DNA of 64,000 nt from positions 160,001-224,000 of the forward strand of contig BK006947.3 of assembly GCA_000146045.2 (NCBI GenBank). Reading direction: 5' to 3'. The DNA comes from TPA_inf: Saccharomyces (Eukaryota). Below are positions 12,588 to 22,874 of this stretch, piece after piece. Positions within the stretch are counted from its first letter, which is position 1, and every line of letters starts with the position of its first letter. The position numbers were made by a program, and so were the translations under genes. A model generated the notes under the pieces. That model was given only the letters and a program-made list of their open reading frames with translations, had not been told where the DNA came from and searched no databases.

Positions 12588-14315
12588 TTAGCTTTGTTGT
12601 TGTTGCTGCTGCTGTTGGTTAAGCATATTCATCAAAGAATTCAATTGAGCAGTGGGGTCAAATTGTTGCTGAGGTACAGGGGGAGCCGCTGCGGCAGGTC
12701 CCTGAGAAGGTAATGGTTGGTTGGGGGCATAACCATACGGTTGCTGCATCATAGGTTGCACATATTGCTGTGGTGGAGGAGATGCCAATGGTGCATTGCC
12801 GTAGGGTACTGGAGATATCGACGATATGCTACCAGATTTGTTAGGTTTACCAGAACGTGGCCCATTTCTGCCAGAATCAGTAGGCATCTTTTGAGATATT
12901 GCCTTGGAAGAAACACCTTCACCAACGATAATATCCGGTTCTTCGAAAACAATACCGGTAACGAGAGGTTGACCAGAAGTGCCACCCCATTGCGCACTTA
13001 CTGACCATTTTTTATCAGCGTCCGTGAGCCTGTGCATAGGAATAATACTGTAACCGTGTTGATAGTCACAACAATCTCTTGGACCAAAACCAACTCCCCA
13101 CCTAGTTCTCAATGGCAGGGCTCCATCTTTATTGAAGTTTTGCAAAACATTTTCGGCCTCATGTCTTGAATAAACTTTCACAAAAGCGTGTTTTCTGGAG
13201 TTATTCAGAATGACGCTTTGTACTTCAGCAAAAGGTTTTAAAACGTTAGCAAGGTCCCATTCCTTCATGTTTAGTGGTACCCCACCGATGAAAAGAGTAC
13301 GGCTGTAGACTTTAATATGATCTGGTGGCAATGTAGAGTCGTAACTTACTGGTTTTGGTCTATAATGAGGATTATTGGAAACATTAAGCTCATCGGGGTA
13401 TAAGTGGTGATTGTTTGTGCCAAATGTCGTATTGGGGGCGCCTATGCTGTATTGGTCCTGGGCCACAGATGGATAGCGGTCCTTCCTGCCTGTCGATGGC
13501 TGAGAAAATGGTGCCGGAGGAGATCTTGATCTATTCCTTCTTGAGTTATATCTTTCTCTTTCACGTTCACGTTCACGTCTGCTACCATATTCGGTAATTG
13601 TATGGGCTTGGGGAGGTGCGACTGTACCCACGGATGTATGTGAAGGCAAAGTTTTAAAATGTTTCTGCAGAGCCGCTATTACTTGGAAAAGAGCTGCTTG
13701 CTGTTTGGCTGGATCTGTGGAAGTCAAATCAGTTGGAAGACTTATGTTCAAGTTTAAAGGAGGACTTTTCTTTAGATTTGACAAGATTTGTTTCGACCTC
13801 TGCTTGGGATCCAGTGATAGTTGTTGTGAAGCGGTGTTCGCGGTGTTATTCGATATGTCCATAGCAAAGCATTTTGACCTGATGGCGTTCAAGTAACTCT
13901 TTTGAAACAAGCCGGACCTGTCCCAAATGTCTAAAAGCATACGAATTTTTTCCTTGTGGTCTTGATTACTTTTTGCAATAGCATCGGATAGCAGTTCTTG
14001 AATTACTTCGCCCAACGTGTTTATGGCATGGGCACAAGTACCGGGTTTGTTGCTGCTGCTGTTTGAATTTGATCTTGTTTCATCCAAGTAAGCTCTACCT
14101 ATTGAATCGATGATATATAAAGAACCTAATTTATGAGAATCGGGACAAAGTCTTGAGTAGTCTATTATCAAAGATATGATTTTCGATTCAATATCAATGT
14201 GATCAAGTGCGTAAGTGGTTAGTTTCTTAATACGAGAACCTGAAATACCAGATTTCAAATCTTTGAATGATTCCAAGGTAGCTACAAAATTTTGAAAATC
14301 GTCGTCCTGCTGCAT
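12588..14315 (-). CDS. NRD1: NRD1 (YNL251C), 575 aa RNA-binding subunit of the Nrd1-Nab3-Sen1 termination complex
   Basis: 575-aa ORF, ATG at 14315 (MQQDDDFQNF). N-terminal CID-like region, RE/RS dipeptide stretch (RERERERERYNSRRNRSRS), RRM (LFIGGVPLNMKEWDLANV), P/Q-rich C-terminus ending QQQQQQQQS. Confidence 0.93.
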   Translation of the reverse strand: MQQDDDFQNFVATLESFKDLKSGISGSRIKKLTTYALDHIDIESKIISLIIDYSRLCPDSHKLGSLYIIDSIGRAYLDETRSNSNSSSNKPGTCAHAINTLGEVIQELLSDAIAKSNQDHKEKIRMLLDIWDRSGLFQKSYLNAIRSKCFAMDISNNTANTASQQLSLDPKQRSKQILSNLKKSPPLNLNISLPTDLTSTDPAKQQAALFQVIAALQKHFKTLPSHTSVGTVAPPQAHTITEYGSRRERERERERYNSRRNRSRSPPAPFSQPSTGRKDRYPSVAQDQYSIGAPNTTFGTNNHHLYPDELNVSNNPHYRPKPVSYDSTLPPDHIKVYSRTLFIGGVPLNMKEWDLANVLKPFAEVQSVILNNSRKHAFVKVYSRHEAENVLQNFNKDGALPLRTRWGVGFGPRDCCDYQHGYSIIPMHRLTDADKKWSVSAQWGGTSGQPLVTGIVFEEPDIIVGEGVSSKAISQKMPTDSGRNGPRSGKPNKSGSISSISPVPYGNAPLASPPPQQYVQPMMQQPYGYAPNQPLPSQGPAAAAPPVPQQQFDPTAQLNSLMNMLNQQQQQQQQS

Positions 14316-14533
14316 TATGGGATGTTTAGTATGTTTGTTGCTTTCCGGTTCCTTTCCTGTAACTCGTGCTTGGAGAAAAGTACTAGAAAAAATGTGTAAT
14401 CAGAGAAAACTACAATACAAAAAAATAGACAATAGTATATTTTTCTTTTGCTTGAAATTATAGGTTGTAGCAATGGATACGGTAACGTAACTAATTGTAA
14501 GAAGAGCCTTGATTGGTGAGTTAGTTGTGTACA

Positions 14534-14575
14534 ATACGATAATACGATGCGATACGATACGAAAACGATACAATA
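14534..14575. repeat. Degenerate tandem repeat of ATACG(A) units (six copies) about 220-260 bp upstream of the NRD1 ATG
   Basis: atacgataatacgatgcgatacgatacgaaaacgatac read directly. It lies within the NRD1-RAD50 divergent intergenic region. Confidence 0.6.
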
Positions 14576-14802
14576 AGGTTGCCGAGTACTGACTTTTGAT
14601 ATGTTAAAAGCATGAAACTCGTAAAGGGAAGGAGCGGGGAGTCATGCTAACGAGGAATGGAACATGGAGGAAGGACGAAACACTTGCCCTTTTATACTTT
14701 TTCTTTTTCACCTCCTCCGCTCCGACCGGTGGCAAAAAAAAAAATCAAAAATGTACCGTATGTAATGACCAATAAATCACCAAAGACGAAACATTTATTT
14801 TT

Positions 14803-14810
14803 GCCGCCGA
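14803..14810. promoter_or_regulatory. URS1-like core (GCCGCCGA, reverse complement TCGGCGGC) in the NRD1-RAD50 divergent promoter
   Basis: ttgccgccgac read directly at 14801-14811, about 600 bp upstream of the RAD50 ATG. It matches the core of the Ume6 site TCGGCGGCT but not the full 10-mer. Confidence 0.35.
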
Positions 14811-15409
14811 CTTTCCAATGAATTTGCTCAATTTCAGGTTAGTGGTCATAAGGATATCTAACAAGCCATCAAAAGCATAATGTTTTTGAGTACTCGATAG
14901 AATTATGTATTGCGGACTTTAGTAGAATAGGAAACAATGCGCTATACGTGCGCAGTAGCTCATTTCGACCATAAACTAATTGTAGATTTTTTGCGTTTCT
15001 GGTGCTATTCATTGAAACAAGAAACCGATAGTACTTCCACTTACAATACTAATACTTGCGGTAATGTTACAATCCTTCACTTATTATTTTCGGAGAATAA
15101 TAACCATGCATCTTGCAATACTTTCACGGCTTTGCCTTGTCTCGTGCGCTAGTAACTGCAGTAGAACCCACCCATATGACAATGCAAATATTAATCTAAC
15201 TTAGTCAAAAAAAAAAAATGCCTTCACCTCGTTTGTCTTCATCTGAGATAAGGTTCCGGTTTTCATCTTGTCCCTGTTTGTTGCCTTTGTTCTTGCCTCA
15301 TCGCTTCTAAAGCGGCTTTCAAGCTTTGATCTTTAAATGGAAATCTTTAATTCTAAGAAGTGGTAGCAACCATTGAGAGGCAAAAACAAGGGAACGACGG
15401 AAAGCAGGC

Positions 15410-18400
15410 ATGAGCGCTATCTATAAATTATCTATTCAGGGCATACGGTCTTTTGACTCCAATGATAGGGAAACTATTGAATTTGGCAAGCCTCTGACTT
15501 TAATAGTCGGCATGAATGGTTCAGGTAAAACGACTATCATCGAATGTTTAAAGTACGCTACCACAGGTGATCTACCGCCCAACAGCAAGGGAGGAGTATT
15601 CATTCATGACCCGAAGATAACTGGTGAAAAGGACATTAGAGCTCAGGTCAAACTGGCGTTTACGAGTGCCAATGGACTCAATATGATTGTCACCAGAAAT
15701 ATTCAGTTGCTAATGAAAAAGACTACTACTACATTTAAGACTTTAGAAGGCCAGTTGGTCGCTATAAATAATAGTGGTGACCGCAGTACTTTGTCCACCC
15801 GGTCTCTGGAATTAGACGCACAAGTACCCCTGTATCTGGGAGTTCCAAAAGCGATCTTGGAATACGTGATATTCTGTCACCAAGAAGACAGCCTGTGGCC
15901 ACTGAGTGAACCATCCAATCTTAAAAAGAAGTTTGATGAAATTTTCCAAGCGATGAAATTTACAAAGGCTCTAGACAATTTAAAATCCATAAAGAAAGAC
16001 ATGTCCGTGGATATCAAGTTATTAAAGCAATCAGTAGAACACTTAAAGTTGGATAAAGACAGATCGAAAGCAATGAAGCTCAATATCCACCAATTGCAAA
16101 CTAAGATAGATCAGTATAATGAAGAAGTGTCTGAAATTGAATCTCAATTGAATGAAATCACTGAGAAATCCGATAAACTGTTTAAATCTAATCAAGATTT
16201 CCAAAAAATACTATCCAAAGTAGAGAACTTGAAAAATACAAAACTCTCAATTAGTGATCAAGTGAAAAGATTGTCAAACTCAATTGATATTCTCGATTTA
16301 TCGAAGCCAGATTTGCAAAACTTATTGGCAAACTTCTCTAAAGTCTTGATGGATAAGAATAATCAGTTGAGAGATTTGGAAACCGATATTTCAAGTTTGA
16401 AAGACCGTCAGTCATCCTTGCAGAGCCTTTCTAATTCCCTCATCAGGCGGCAGGGTGAGTTAGAAGCTGGTAAGGAGACATACGAAAAGAACAGAAATCA
16501 CCTTTCATCGCTAAAAGAAGCCTTCCAACATAAGTTCCAAGGCCTTTCAAATATTGAAAACAGTGATATGGCTCAAGTAAATCACGAAATGTCACAGTTC
16601 AAGGCTTTCATCTCTCAGGATTTAACTGACACTATAGATCAATTTGCAAAGGATATTCAACTAAAGGAAACAAATTTATCCGACTTGATAAAATCAATAA
16701 CCGTCGATTCACAGAATTTGGAATATAATAAAAAGGACAGATCTAAATTAATCCATGACTCTGAAGAGCTTGCTGAGAAATTGAAATCATTTAAAAGTTT
16801 GTCTACTCAAGATAGCCTCAATCATGAACTGGAAAACTTAAAAACATACAAAGAAAAGCTGCAATCTTGGGAAAGTGAGAATATTATACCAAAATTGAAC
16901 CAGAAAATAGAAGAGAAAAATAATGAGATGATTATCTTAGAGAATCAAATTGAGAAATTTCAAGATCGCATAATGAAAACGAATCAACAAGCGGACTTAT
17001 ACGCCAAACTAGGACTAATAAAGAAGTCCATTAATACTAAATTAGACGAGTTACAAAAGATTACGGAAAAATTACAGAATGATTCTAGAATAAGGCAAGT
17101 ATTTCCCCTCACCCAGGAATTTCAAAGAGCTGATTTAGAAATGGATTTTCAGAAATTATTCATCAATATGCAAAAGAATATAGCGATCAACAACAAAAAG
17201 ATGCACGAATTGGATAGAAGATATACAAACGCTTTGTACAATTTGAACACCATTGAAAAGGATTTACAGGATAATCAGAAGTCGAAAGAAAAAGTGATAC
17301 AACTACTAAGCGAAAACTTACCAGAGGATTGTACTATTGATGAATATAATGATGTCCTGGAAGAAACGGAGCTCTCCTATAAGACTGCGCTGGAAAACTT
17401 GAAAATGCATCAAACTACTTTAGAATTTAATAGAAAAGCATTAGAGATCGCTGAACGTGACAGCTGCTGTTATTTGTGTTCTAGAAAGTTTGAAAATGAA
17501 TCGTTTAAAAGTAAGTTGTTACAAGAACTAAAAACAAAAACAGACGCAAATTTTGAAAAAACTTTGAAAGACACTGTCCAAAACGAAAAGGAATATCTTC
17601 ATAGTTTAAGGCTACTGGAGAAACATATTATTACACTAAATTCTATAAATGAAAAGATTGATAATTCACAGAAGTGCCTTGAAAAAGCTAAGGAGGAAAC
17701 AAAAACTTCCAAATCAAAACTAGATGAATTGGAAGTAGATTCCACAAAATTGAAAGATGAGAAAGAGTTAGCTGAGTCTGAAATTCGTCCTTTGATTGAG
17801 AAGTTTACTTACTTAGAAAAGGAACTTAAGGATCTTGAAAACAGTTCTAAAACGATATCTGAGGAGCTATCGATTTATAATACCAGTGAAGATGGTATTC
17901 AAACTGTTGATGAATTAAGGGACCAACAAAGGAAGATGAATGATTCTTTACGTGAACTGAGGAAAACCATTTCAGATTTGCAAATGGAAAAAGATGAAAA
18001 GGTGAGAGAAAATTCAAGAATGATTAACTTGATTAAAGAAAAGGAATTAACAGTTTCTGAAATTGAATCATCTTTAACACAGAAACAAAATATTGATGAT
18101 TCTATAAGGTCAAAAAGGGAAAACATCAACGATATCGATTCTAGAGTAAAGGAGTTAGAAGCACGTATTATTTCATTAAAAAACAAAAAGGATGAAGCGC
18201 AAAGTGTTCTAGACAAAGTAAAAAATGAACGTGATATTCAAGTACGCAACAAACAAAAAACCGTTGCAGATATTAATCGGTTAATAGATAGATTTCAGAC
18301 CATTTATAACGAAGTGGTTGATTTTGAAGCTAAGGGCTTCGATGAATTGCAAACAACAATAAAAGAACTAGAATTGAACAAAGCTCAAATGCTGGAACTA

Positions 18401-19348
18401 AAGGAGCAGCTTGATCTCAAGTCAAATGAAGTTAACGAAGAAAAGAGAAAACTTGCTGACTCAAATAATGAGGAGAAAAACTTGAAGCAGAACTTAGAAC
18501 TAATTGAATTGAAATCACAACTTCAGCACATTGAATCTGAGATAAGTAGATTAGACGTTCAAAATGCAGAAGCTGAAAGGGACAAATATCAAGAGGAATC
18601 ACTAAGACTAAGAACAAGATTTGAAAAGCTGAGCTCTGAAAACGCAGGTAAATTAGGTGAAATGAAACAATTACAGAATCAAATAGATTCATTGACTCAT
18701 CAACTGCGGACTGATTACAAAGATATCGAGAAAAATTACCATAAAGAATGGGTTGAATTACAGACAAGATCCTTTGTTACTGACGACATAGATGTCTATT
18801 CAAAAGCATTAGATAGTGCTATTATGAAATATCATGGATTGAAAATGCAAGATATAAACAGGATAATTGATGAATTATGGAAGCGTACGTATAGTGGTAC
18901 TGATATAGACACCATCAAAATTAGATCAGATGAAGTTAGTAGTACAGTTAAGGGAAAATCATACAACTATCGTGTTGTAATGTACAAGCAGGATGTTGAA
19001 TTGGATATGAGAGGACGATGTTCCGCGGGTCAAAAAGTTCTTGCATCGATTATTATCAGGCTAGCTCTATCTGAAACATTTGGCGCAAATTGTGGCGTAA
19101 TTGCACTAGACGAACCTACCACCAATTTAGATGAAGAAAACATCGAAAGTTTAGCAAAATCTTTACACAATATAATTAATATGAGAAGACATCAAAAGAA
19201 TTTCCAGCTAATCGTGATCACTCATGATGAGAAATTTTTGGGTCATATGAATGCAGCGGCATTTACTGATCACTTCTTCAAAGTCAAGAGAGATGATAGG
19301 CAAAAATCACAAATTGAGTGGGTCGATATTAACAGAGTCACTTATTGA
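15410..19348 (+). CDS. RAD50: RAD50 (YNL250W), 1312 aa MRX-complex SMC-like ATPase
   Basis: 1312-aa ORF. Walker A GMNGSGKTT at the N-terminus, long coiled coil, zinc-hook CCYLC near the middle, signature/Walker B region near the C-terminus (CSAGQKVLASIIIRLAL, VIALDEPTTNLD). Confidence 0.95.
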   Translation: MSAIYKLSIQGIRSFDSNDRETIEFGKPLTLIVGMNGSGKTTIIECLKYATTGDLPPNSKGGVFIHDPKITGEKDIRAQVKLAFTSANGLNMIVTRNIQLLMKKTTTTFKTLEGQLVAINNSGDRSTLSTRSLELDAQVPLYLGVPKAILEYVIFCHQEDSLWPLSEPSNLKKKFDEIFQAMKFTKALDNLKSIKKDMSVDIKLLKQSVEHLKLDKDRSKAMKLNIHQLQTKIDQYNEEVSEIESQLNEITEKSDKLFKSNQDFQKILSKVENLKNTKLSISDQVKRLSNSIDILDLSKPDLQNLLANFSKVLMDKNNQLRDLETDISSLKDRQSSLQSLSNSLIRRQGELEAGKETYEKNRNHLSSLKEAFQHKFQGLSNIENSDMAQVNHEMSQFKAFISQDLTDTIDQFAKDIQLKETNLSDLIKSITVDSQNLEYNKKDRSKLIHDSEELAEKLKSFKSLSTQDSLNHELENLKTYKEKLQSWESENIIPKLNQKIEEKNNEMIILENQIEKFQDRIMKTNQQADLYAKLGLIKKSINTKLDELQKITEKLQNDSRIRQVFPLTQEFQRADLEMDFQKLFINMQKNIAINNKKMHELDRRYTNALYNLNTIEKDLQDNQKSKEKVIQLLSENLPEDCTIDEYNDVLEETELSYKTALENLKMHQTTLEFNRKALEIAERDSCCYLCSRKFENESFKSKLLQELKTKTDANFEKTLKDTVQNEKEYLHSLRLLEKHIITLNSINEKIDNSQKCLEKAKEETKTSKSKLDELEVDSTKLKDEKELAESEIRPLIEKFTYLEKELKDLENSSKTISEELSIYNTSEDGIQTVDELRDQQRKMNDSLRELRKTISDLQMEKDEKVRENSRMINLIKEKELTVSEIESSLTQKQNIDDSIRSKRENINDIDSRVKELEARIISLKNKKDEAQSVLDKVKNERDIQVRNKQKTVADINRLIDRFQTIYNEVVDFEAKGFDELQTTIKELELNKAQMLELKEQLDLKSNEVNEEKRKLADSNNEEKNLKQNLELIELKSQLQHIESEISRLDVQNAEAERDKYQEESLRLRTRFEKLSSENAGKLGEMKQLQNQIDSLTHQLRTDYKDIEKNYHKEWVELQTRSFVTDDIDVYSKALDSAIMKYHGLKMQDINRIIDELWKRTYSGTDIDTIKIRSDEVSSTVKGKSYNYRVVMYKQDVELDMRGRCSAGQKVLASIIIRLALSETFGANCGVIALDEPTTNLDEENIESLAKSLHNIINMRRHQKNFQLIVITHDEKFLGHMNAAAFTDHFFKVKRDDRQKSQIEWVDINRVTY

Positions 19349-19393
19349 AAAGACCCCATAATATCTACGAAGGGATAGACTTTGATTGATTAA

Positions 19394-21022
19394 TTAGAGG
19401 TGCTGAAATACTTCGTCGACGAGTTTGTGATAACGCTTCTGTTGCTTAGCCATATCTAAGTGTATATGATATTTAACGCAAAGCAATTTTCTTAGTAATA
19501 TGCTATCGTTTCCAAGTCGGTATTCAGCAAGAGATTCGAATTTTTCGCTATCATTACTAATATCTCTCTCTGTTATAACGTCAGCTAGTTGTTTCTTTTC
19601 CTTTGCAGACTTAGCAAGCACGTAAGCACCTTTGATACCCATCATATCGACATTCTCTTTAGGTTTAATTATTGCTACACCGTTGTTAACCAAGGAAATC
19701 AATGATAATAGTCTTTCATTTTTCGCTTGACTACCAGATATCCTTAACTCTTTGATATGTATATTTGAATTTTCATTTTGAAATGTATCAATTATCAATT
19801 TTGTCTGAAATGATAAAAATTCCAAGATACAAATATATTTATATGTAAGATTCAACATTGATGTATCGGTGGACTCGCCAATGAAAGAACCCTTTATCCG
19901 TGGATCTGCAAAAGGAGTCCTATTTCCCTCGTAATCACCGTAGAAAAACATATCTTTCGTAAGAATATGAATTGAGAGACCATTGTTCTTCTCAATGTCA
20001 CGAATGGTTTGTTCGAGTACTTGATAGATATCAGCACCATCTTTCAGAATTTTCCTGGCACATGGATGACTCTCAAATAAATGTTCAATTAATTTACCAG
20101 TACACGACTGGCCCGCAGCATAAACAGAAAAATCACCCCTGTTGTCAAGTATAGTATCAAAAGGTCCCCATACTCCAGGAATTCTAGTATCAGAGATGGT
20201 AGTACCATACATGTAGCAGCTAGAAGTCCCGGCTATCATAAACAATGATGTTTCCAAATGAGGAGAAGCAACTGCGAACCAACTTGCATAACTGTCAATA
20301 CAACTGCGAACTACAGTTGTCGAAATGTGCTTATTGGCAACAAGACTAGTGGTTCCAATGCTTACATTAGATGGTAAATTTATAATGTTTTTGTAAAATG
20401 AAGATGACCAGCCAGATACCTCTCCATCATTGCCTATACCATTAAGATTTTCTCTTCCCAAAAGTCCTTCAATGTTCCATTCATACAAGCGGCTCAGTTC
20501 ATAAGCAATGTATTGATGAAGATCAAAGATATGAAAATGTTTGTCTCGTAAATGAGAGTATTCATCTAAAAAGTACTTCAATTTGGGGACGCCCATTTCG
20601 GGTACAAATTTTCCTCCCAAATAATCCAAAAGCTGTTGTGGACATTGCATATTTAGCCATTGACATTCGTTTACGGCAGAAGAGTCCATCCAAAATATGA
20701 CATTATCTTCATTTGGATACGGTATCAGCATGTTACTTGTGCGATCCCTTTCGAAAATAGCTAATGAACACGTTGCAGAAACACCACATGACTTTACCTC
20801 ATATTCTCTAATGTTCAGTTTCTGAAGACACTTTTGAAGGGCTTTAATTATTTCAGTTGATTTTTGCCAGAATTTCCATGACTTCTTTGAAGAATCCTGG
20901 TAGTATGGGACTGGTTCCTGCGCCATTTCTAACAGCGCATCATTGTAGTAATTATATACACCTATTCTAGCACTTGATGAACCTACATCAATTCCGATGC
21001 CAACTTGCAGACTGCTATTCAT
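19394..21022 (-). CDS. MPA43: MPA43 (YNL249C), 542 aa FGGY-family carbohydrate kinase-like protein
   Basis: 542-aa ORF, ATG at 21022. FGGY N-terminal motif GIDVGSSSARIGVY. Length and position match. Confidence 0.85.
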   Translation of the reverse strand: MNSSLQVGIGIDVGSSSARIGVYNYYNDALLEMAQEPVPYYQDSSKKSWKFWQKSTEIIKALQKCLQKLNIREYEVKSCGVSATCSLAIFERDRTSNMLIPYPNEDNVIFWMDSSAVNECQWLNMQCPQQLLDYLGGKFVPEMGVPKLKYFLDEYSHLRDKHFHIFDLHQYIAYELSRLYEWNIEGLLGRENLNGIGNDGEVSGWSSSFYKNIINLPSNVSIGTTSLVANKHISTTVVRSCIDSYASWFAVASPHLETSLFMIAGTSSCYMYGTTISDTRIPGVWGPFDTILDNRGDFSVYAAGQSCTGKLIEHLFESHPCARKILKDGADIYQVLEQTIRDIEKNNGLSIHILTKDMFFYGDYEGNRTPFADPRIKGSFIGESTDTSMLNLTYKYICILEFLSFQTKLIIDTFQNENSNIHIKELRISGSQAKNERLLSLISLVNNGVAIIKPKENVDMMGIKGAYVLAKSAKEKKQLADVITERDISNDSEKFESLAEYRLGNDSILLRKLLCVKYHIHLDMAKQQKRYHKLVDEVFQHL

Positions 21023-21360
21023 GATTTCACCTATATAACACGTTGGTTTCTCATTTAAAGTTACCTTTATTGAAAAAAATAAACTGATACATTTTTAAAT
21101 TTCAGCTTACTAAGGTGCTAGAAAGCCGAACTACGCTATGAATTAATATTGAATTTATTGCGAAGTTTAAAATTATTGTAAAATATCTATTTGTACATAT
21201 GTATCTTCTCAGAAAAAATAGCGTATATCTATGTAGTTATTTTTGTTTTTCTCTTCCTCTCATCAGGAGGACCGTCTTATATTTTGCTGCTTTATAGAAC
21301 CATCTAGCAAAAAAAAAAACCAGAGCAAACCAAATGCTCAGTATATACCTCTAGGTAACT

Positions 21361-22608
21361 CTAACGTCTTGGACCTCTTCCTCTTCTTGTCATTTCAGGT
21401 AGCTTAAATGGAACTTTCATAGTGGCAATTTTATAAGAAGCTGCAGTACTTTTTGGAATGCCAAAAGCCTCAGCTTGAGCCACTGTGGCACCTTTGACAA
21501 TAGCACCAAGTACCCTGAACAAACTGACAACTTTGGAAGGTTTCAAGTTCAATTCGTGTGCTAAGGGTGTGATTTCAACAATGAAGTTATCCAAATGCAT
21601 TATGATTGCCAAGATGTAGCATAAGATTTTATCTTCATTTTGTGGGTCAATGAAATAGGAGCGATCCTTTGATCTTCCAAACTGTCCAGGCTTTATCACG
21701 GTAAATCTGCTTAAGATACCATCTACCAAGATTTCAGGAGGACTGTTCAACCTTTCTAACAACTTCGTCTTGTTATTCACGCGTCTATTTTCGTATACGC
21801 CCAGTAATAGTGATAAGTAGTATAGTAGCTGTAATTTGGTCATTTGTGAAGGTTGTGTCAAAGAGTCCAATTTCTTTGCCACATACTTGGAATTGTTTTG
21901 GTATGGGAACAATTCCAACTTCTTTTCCTTATCCGCTTCTTTCAGAATTGATGAAACGCGAATAAACTGTAATTCCTTCTTTGGTATTATACTTTCAATT
22001 GGGTAAATTTGTTCTACATCAGTGGCATCGATATTGGCTAATGGAGTAGGTCTATCGTTGGAAGTAATTTCATCCAATTGAGCCCGAGTTGGTAAATCCT
22101 TAGATGCAGTTCTCACGGAATCCACAATGTCAATAGCAGAATCAGTCAACTTATCAGAGTCAATACGGTTTCTTTCTAGATCTGCAATAGCTTTTTTAGC
22201 CTTTTTAGTACCAAACGCTTCACCCAACGCATTTCTCAAAGCAGATGGACGAGTATCACTCTTACTTTTTATTTTTGGACCCCTTAGATTCTTGCTTGAC
22301 TTGGATACAACTTTGGAAACAAGTACGGGAGCCTTGTAGAGTTGAATACTTTTCTTTTCTGGATTAAATAGGCCCACAACATACTGGTTCGAAGCTTGGG
22401 AAGAAGAATCAGTATAACCTTCGTATTCTAGTCTCTCGTTTTCACCGTGTAATACGAATTCGTCCTTTTCAGACTTCTTTTTTTTGTATAAGTCGAACGT
22501 AGTGTCACTGGGAGCACGGAAGCCCTTGAAGAAACTTCCCACGGCAACAGAGGGTTGATCTTGAACACTTTCAATTTCGATTTCAGAAACAGACCTTTTC
22601 ACGGACAT
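21361..22608 (-). CDS. RPA49: RPA49 (YNL248C), 415 aa RNA polymerase I subunit A49
   Basis: 415-aa ORF, ATG at 22608 (MSVKRSVSEIEIESVQDQ). Length and position match. The promoter carries PAC/RRPE motifs typical of the ribosome-biogenesis regulon. Confidence 0.9.
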   Translation of the reverse strand: MSVKRSVSEIEIESVQDQPSVAVGSFFKGFRAPSDTTFDLYKKKKSEKDEFVLHGENERLEYEGYTDSSSQASNQYVVGLFNPEKKSIQLYKAPVLVSKVVSKSSKNLRGPKIKSKSDTRPSALRNALGEAFGTKKAKKAIADLERNRIDSDKLTDSAIDIVDSVRTASKDLPTRAQLDEITSNDRPTPLANIDATDVEQIYPIESIIPKKELQFIRVSSILKEADKEKKLELFPYQNNSKYVAKKLDSLTQPSQMTKLQLLYYLSLLLGVYENRRVNNKTKLLERLNSPPEILVDGILSRFTVIKPGQFGRSKDRSYFIDPQNEDKILCYILAIIMHLDNFIVEITPLAHELNLKPSKVVSLFRVLGAIVKGATVAQAEAFGIPKSTAASYKIATMKVPFKLPEMTRRGRGPRR

Positions 22609-22731
22609 TACTAGATAAAGTGCAAAAGGTTGATAACGACTGCAATAGTGGTAGCAACTTAAAAAGCCCTCCTAATATCATTAGTGTTCATGCAAGAATA
22701 CTTACTATTAAAAATGAGATGGAAAATTTCA

Positions 22732-22754
22732 GCTCATCGCAATAAAAAATTTTC
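22732..22754. promoter_or_regulatory. PAC (GCGATGAGC, bottom strand) plus RRPE (AAAAAATTTT) pair in the RPA49-CRS1 divergent promoter
   Basis: The + strand has gctcatcgc at 22732-22740 (reverse complement GCGATGAGC) and aaaaaatttt at 22745-22754. A second degenerate copy ttcatcgcg lies at 22778-22786 and gaaaatttc at 22722-22730. PAC and RRPE are the established ribosome-biogenesis promoter motifs. Confidence 0.7.
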
Positions 22755-22874
22755 AGCGCGGGTGACCGCAAACATTTTTCATCGCGAAGAGTCAAAAGAC
22801 ATTATCAATTGAAAAGAACAGTATTGCTAATTGGCGTCGGTGATTAGGTGTCCGGTCAAGTTCTTATTCTATGC

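Noticed and set aside
22848-22874. N-terminal extensions in the supplied ORF track (e.g. 22848 for CRS1, 42386 for KEX2, 4434 for FOL1, 40467 for LAP3)
   Set aside because: Reading the sequence shows these start at GTG or TTG (22848 gtg; 42386 ttg; 4434 ttg; 40467 ttg). Each is immediately preceded by an in-frame stop. The first ATG reproduces the known protein lengths. I treat them as artefacts of permissive start-codon calling, not as novel extended isoforms.
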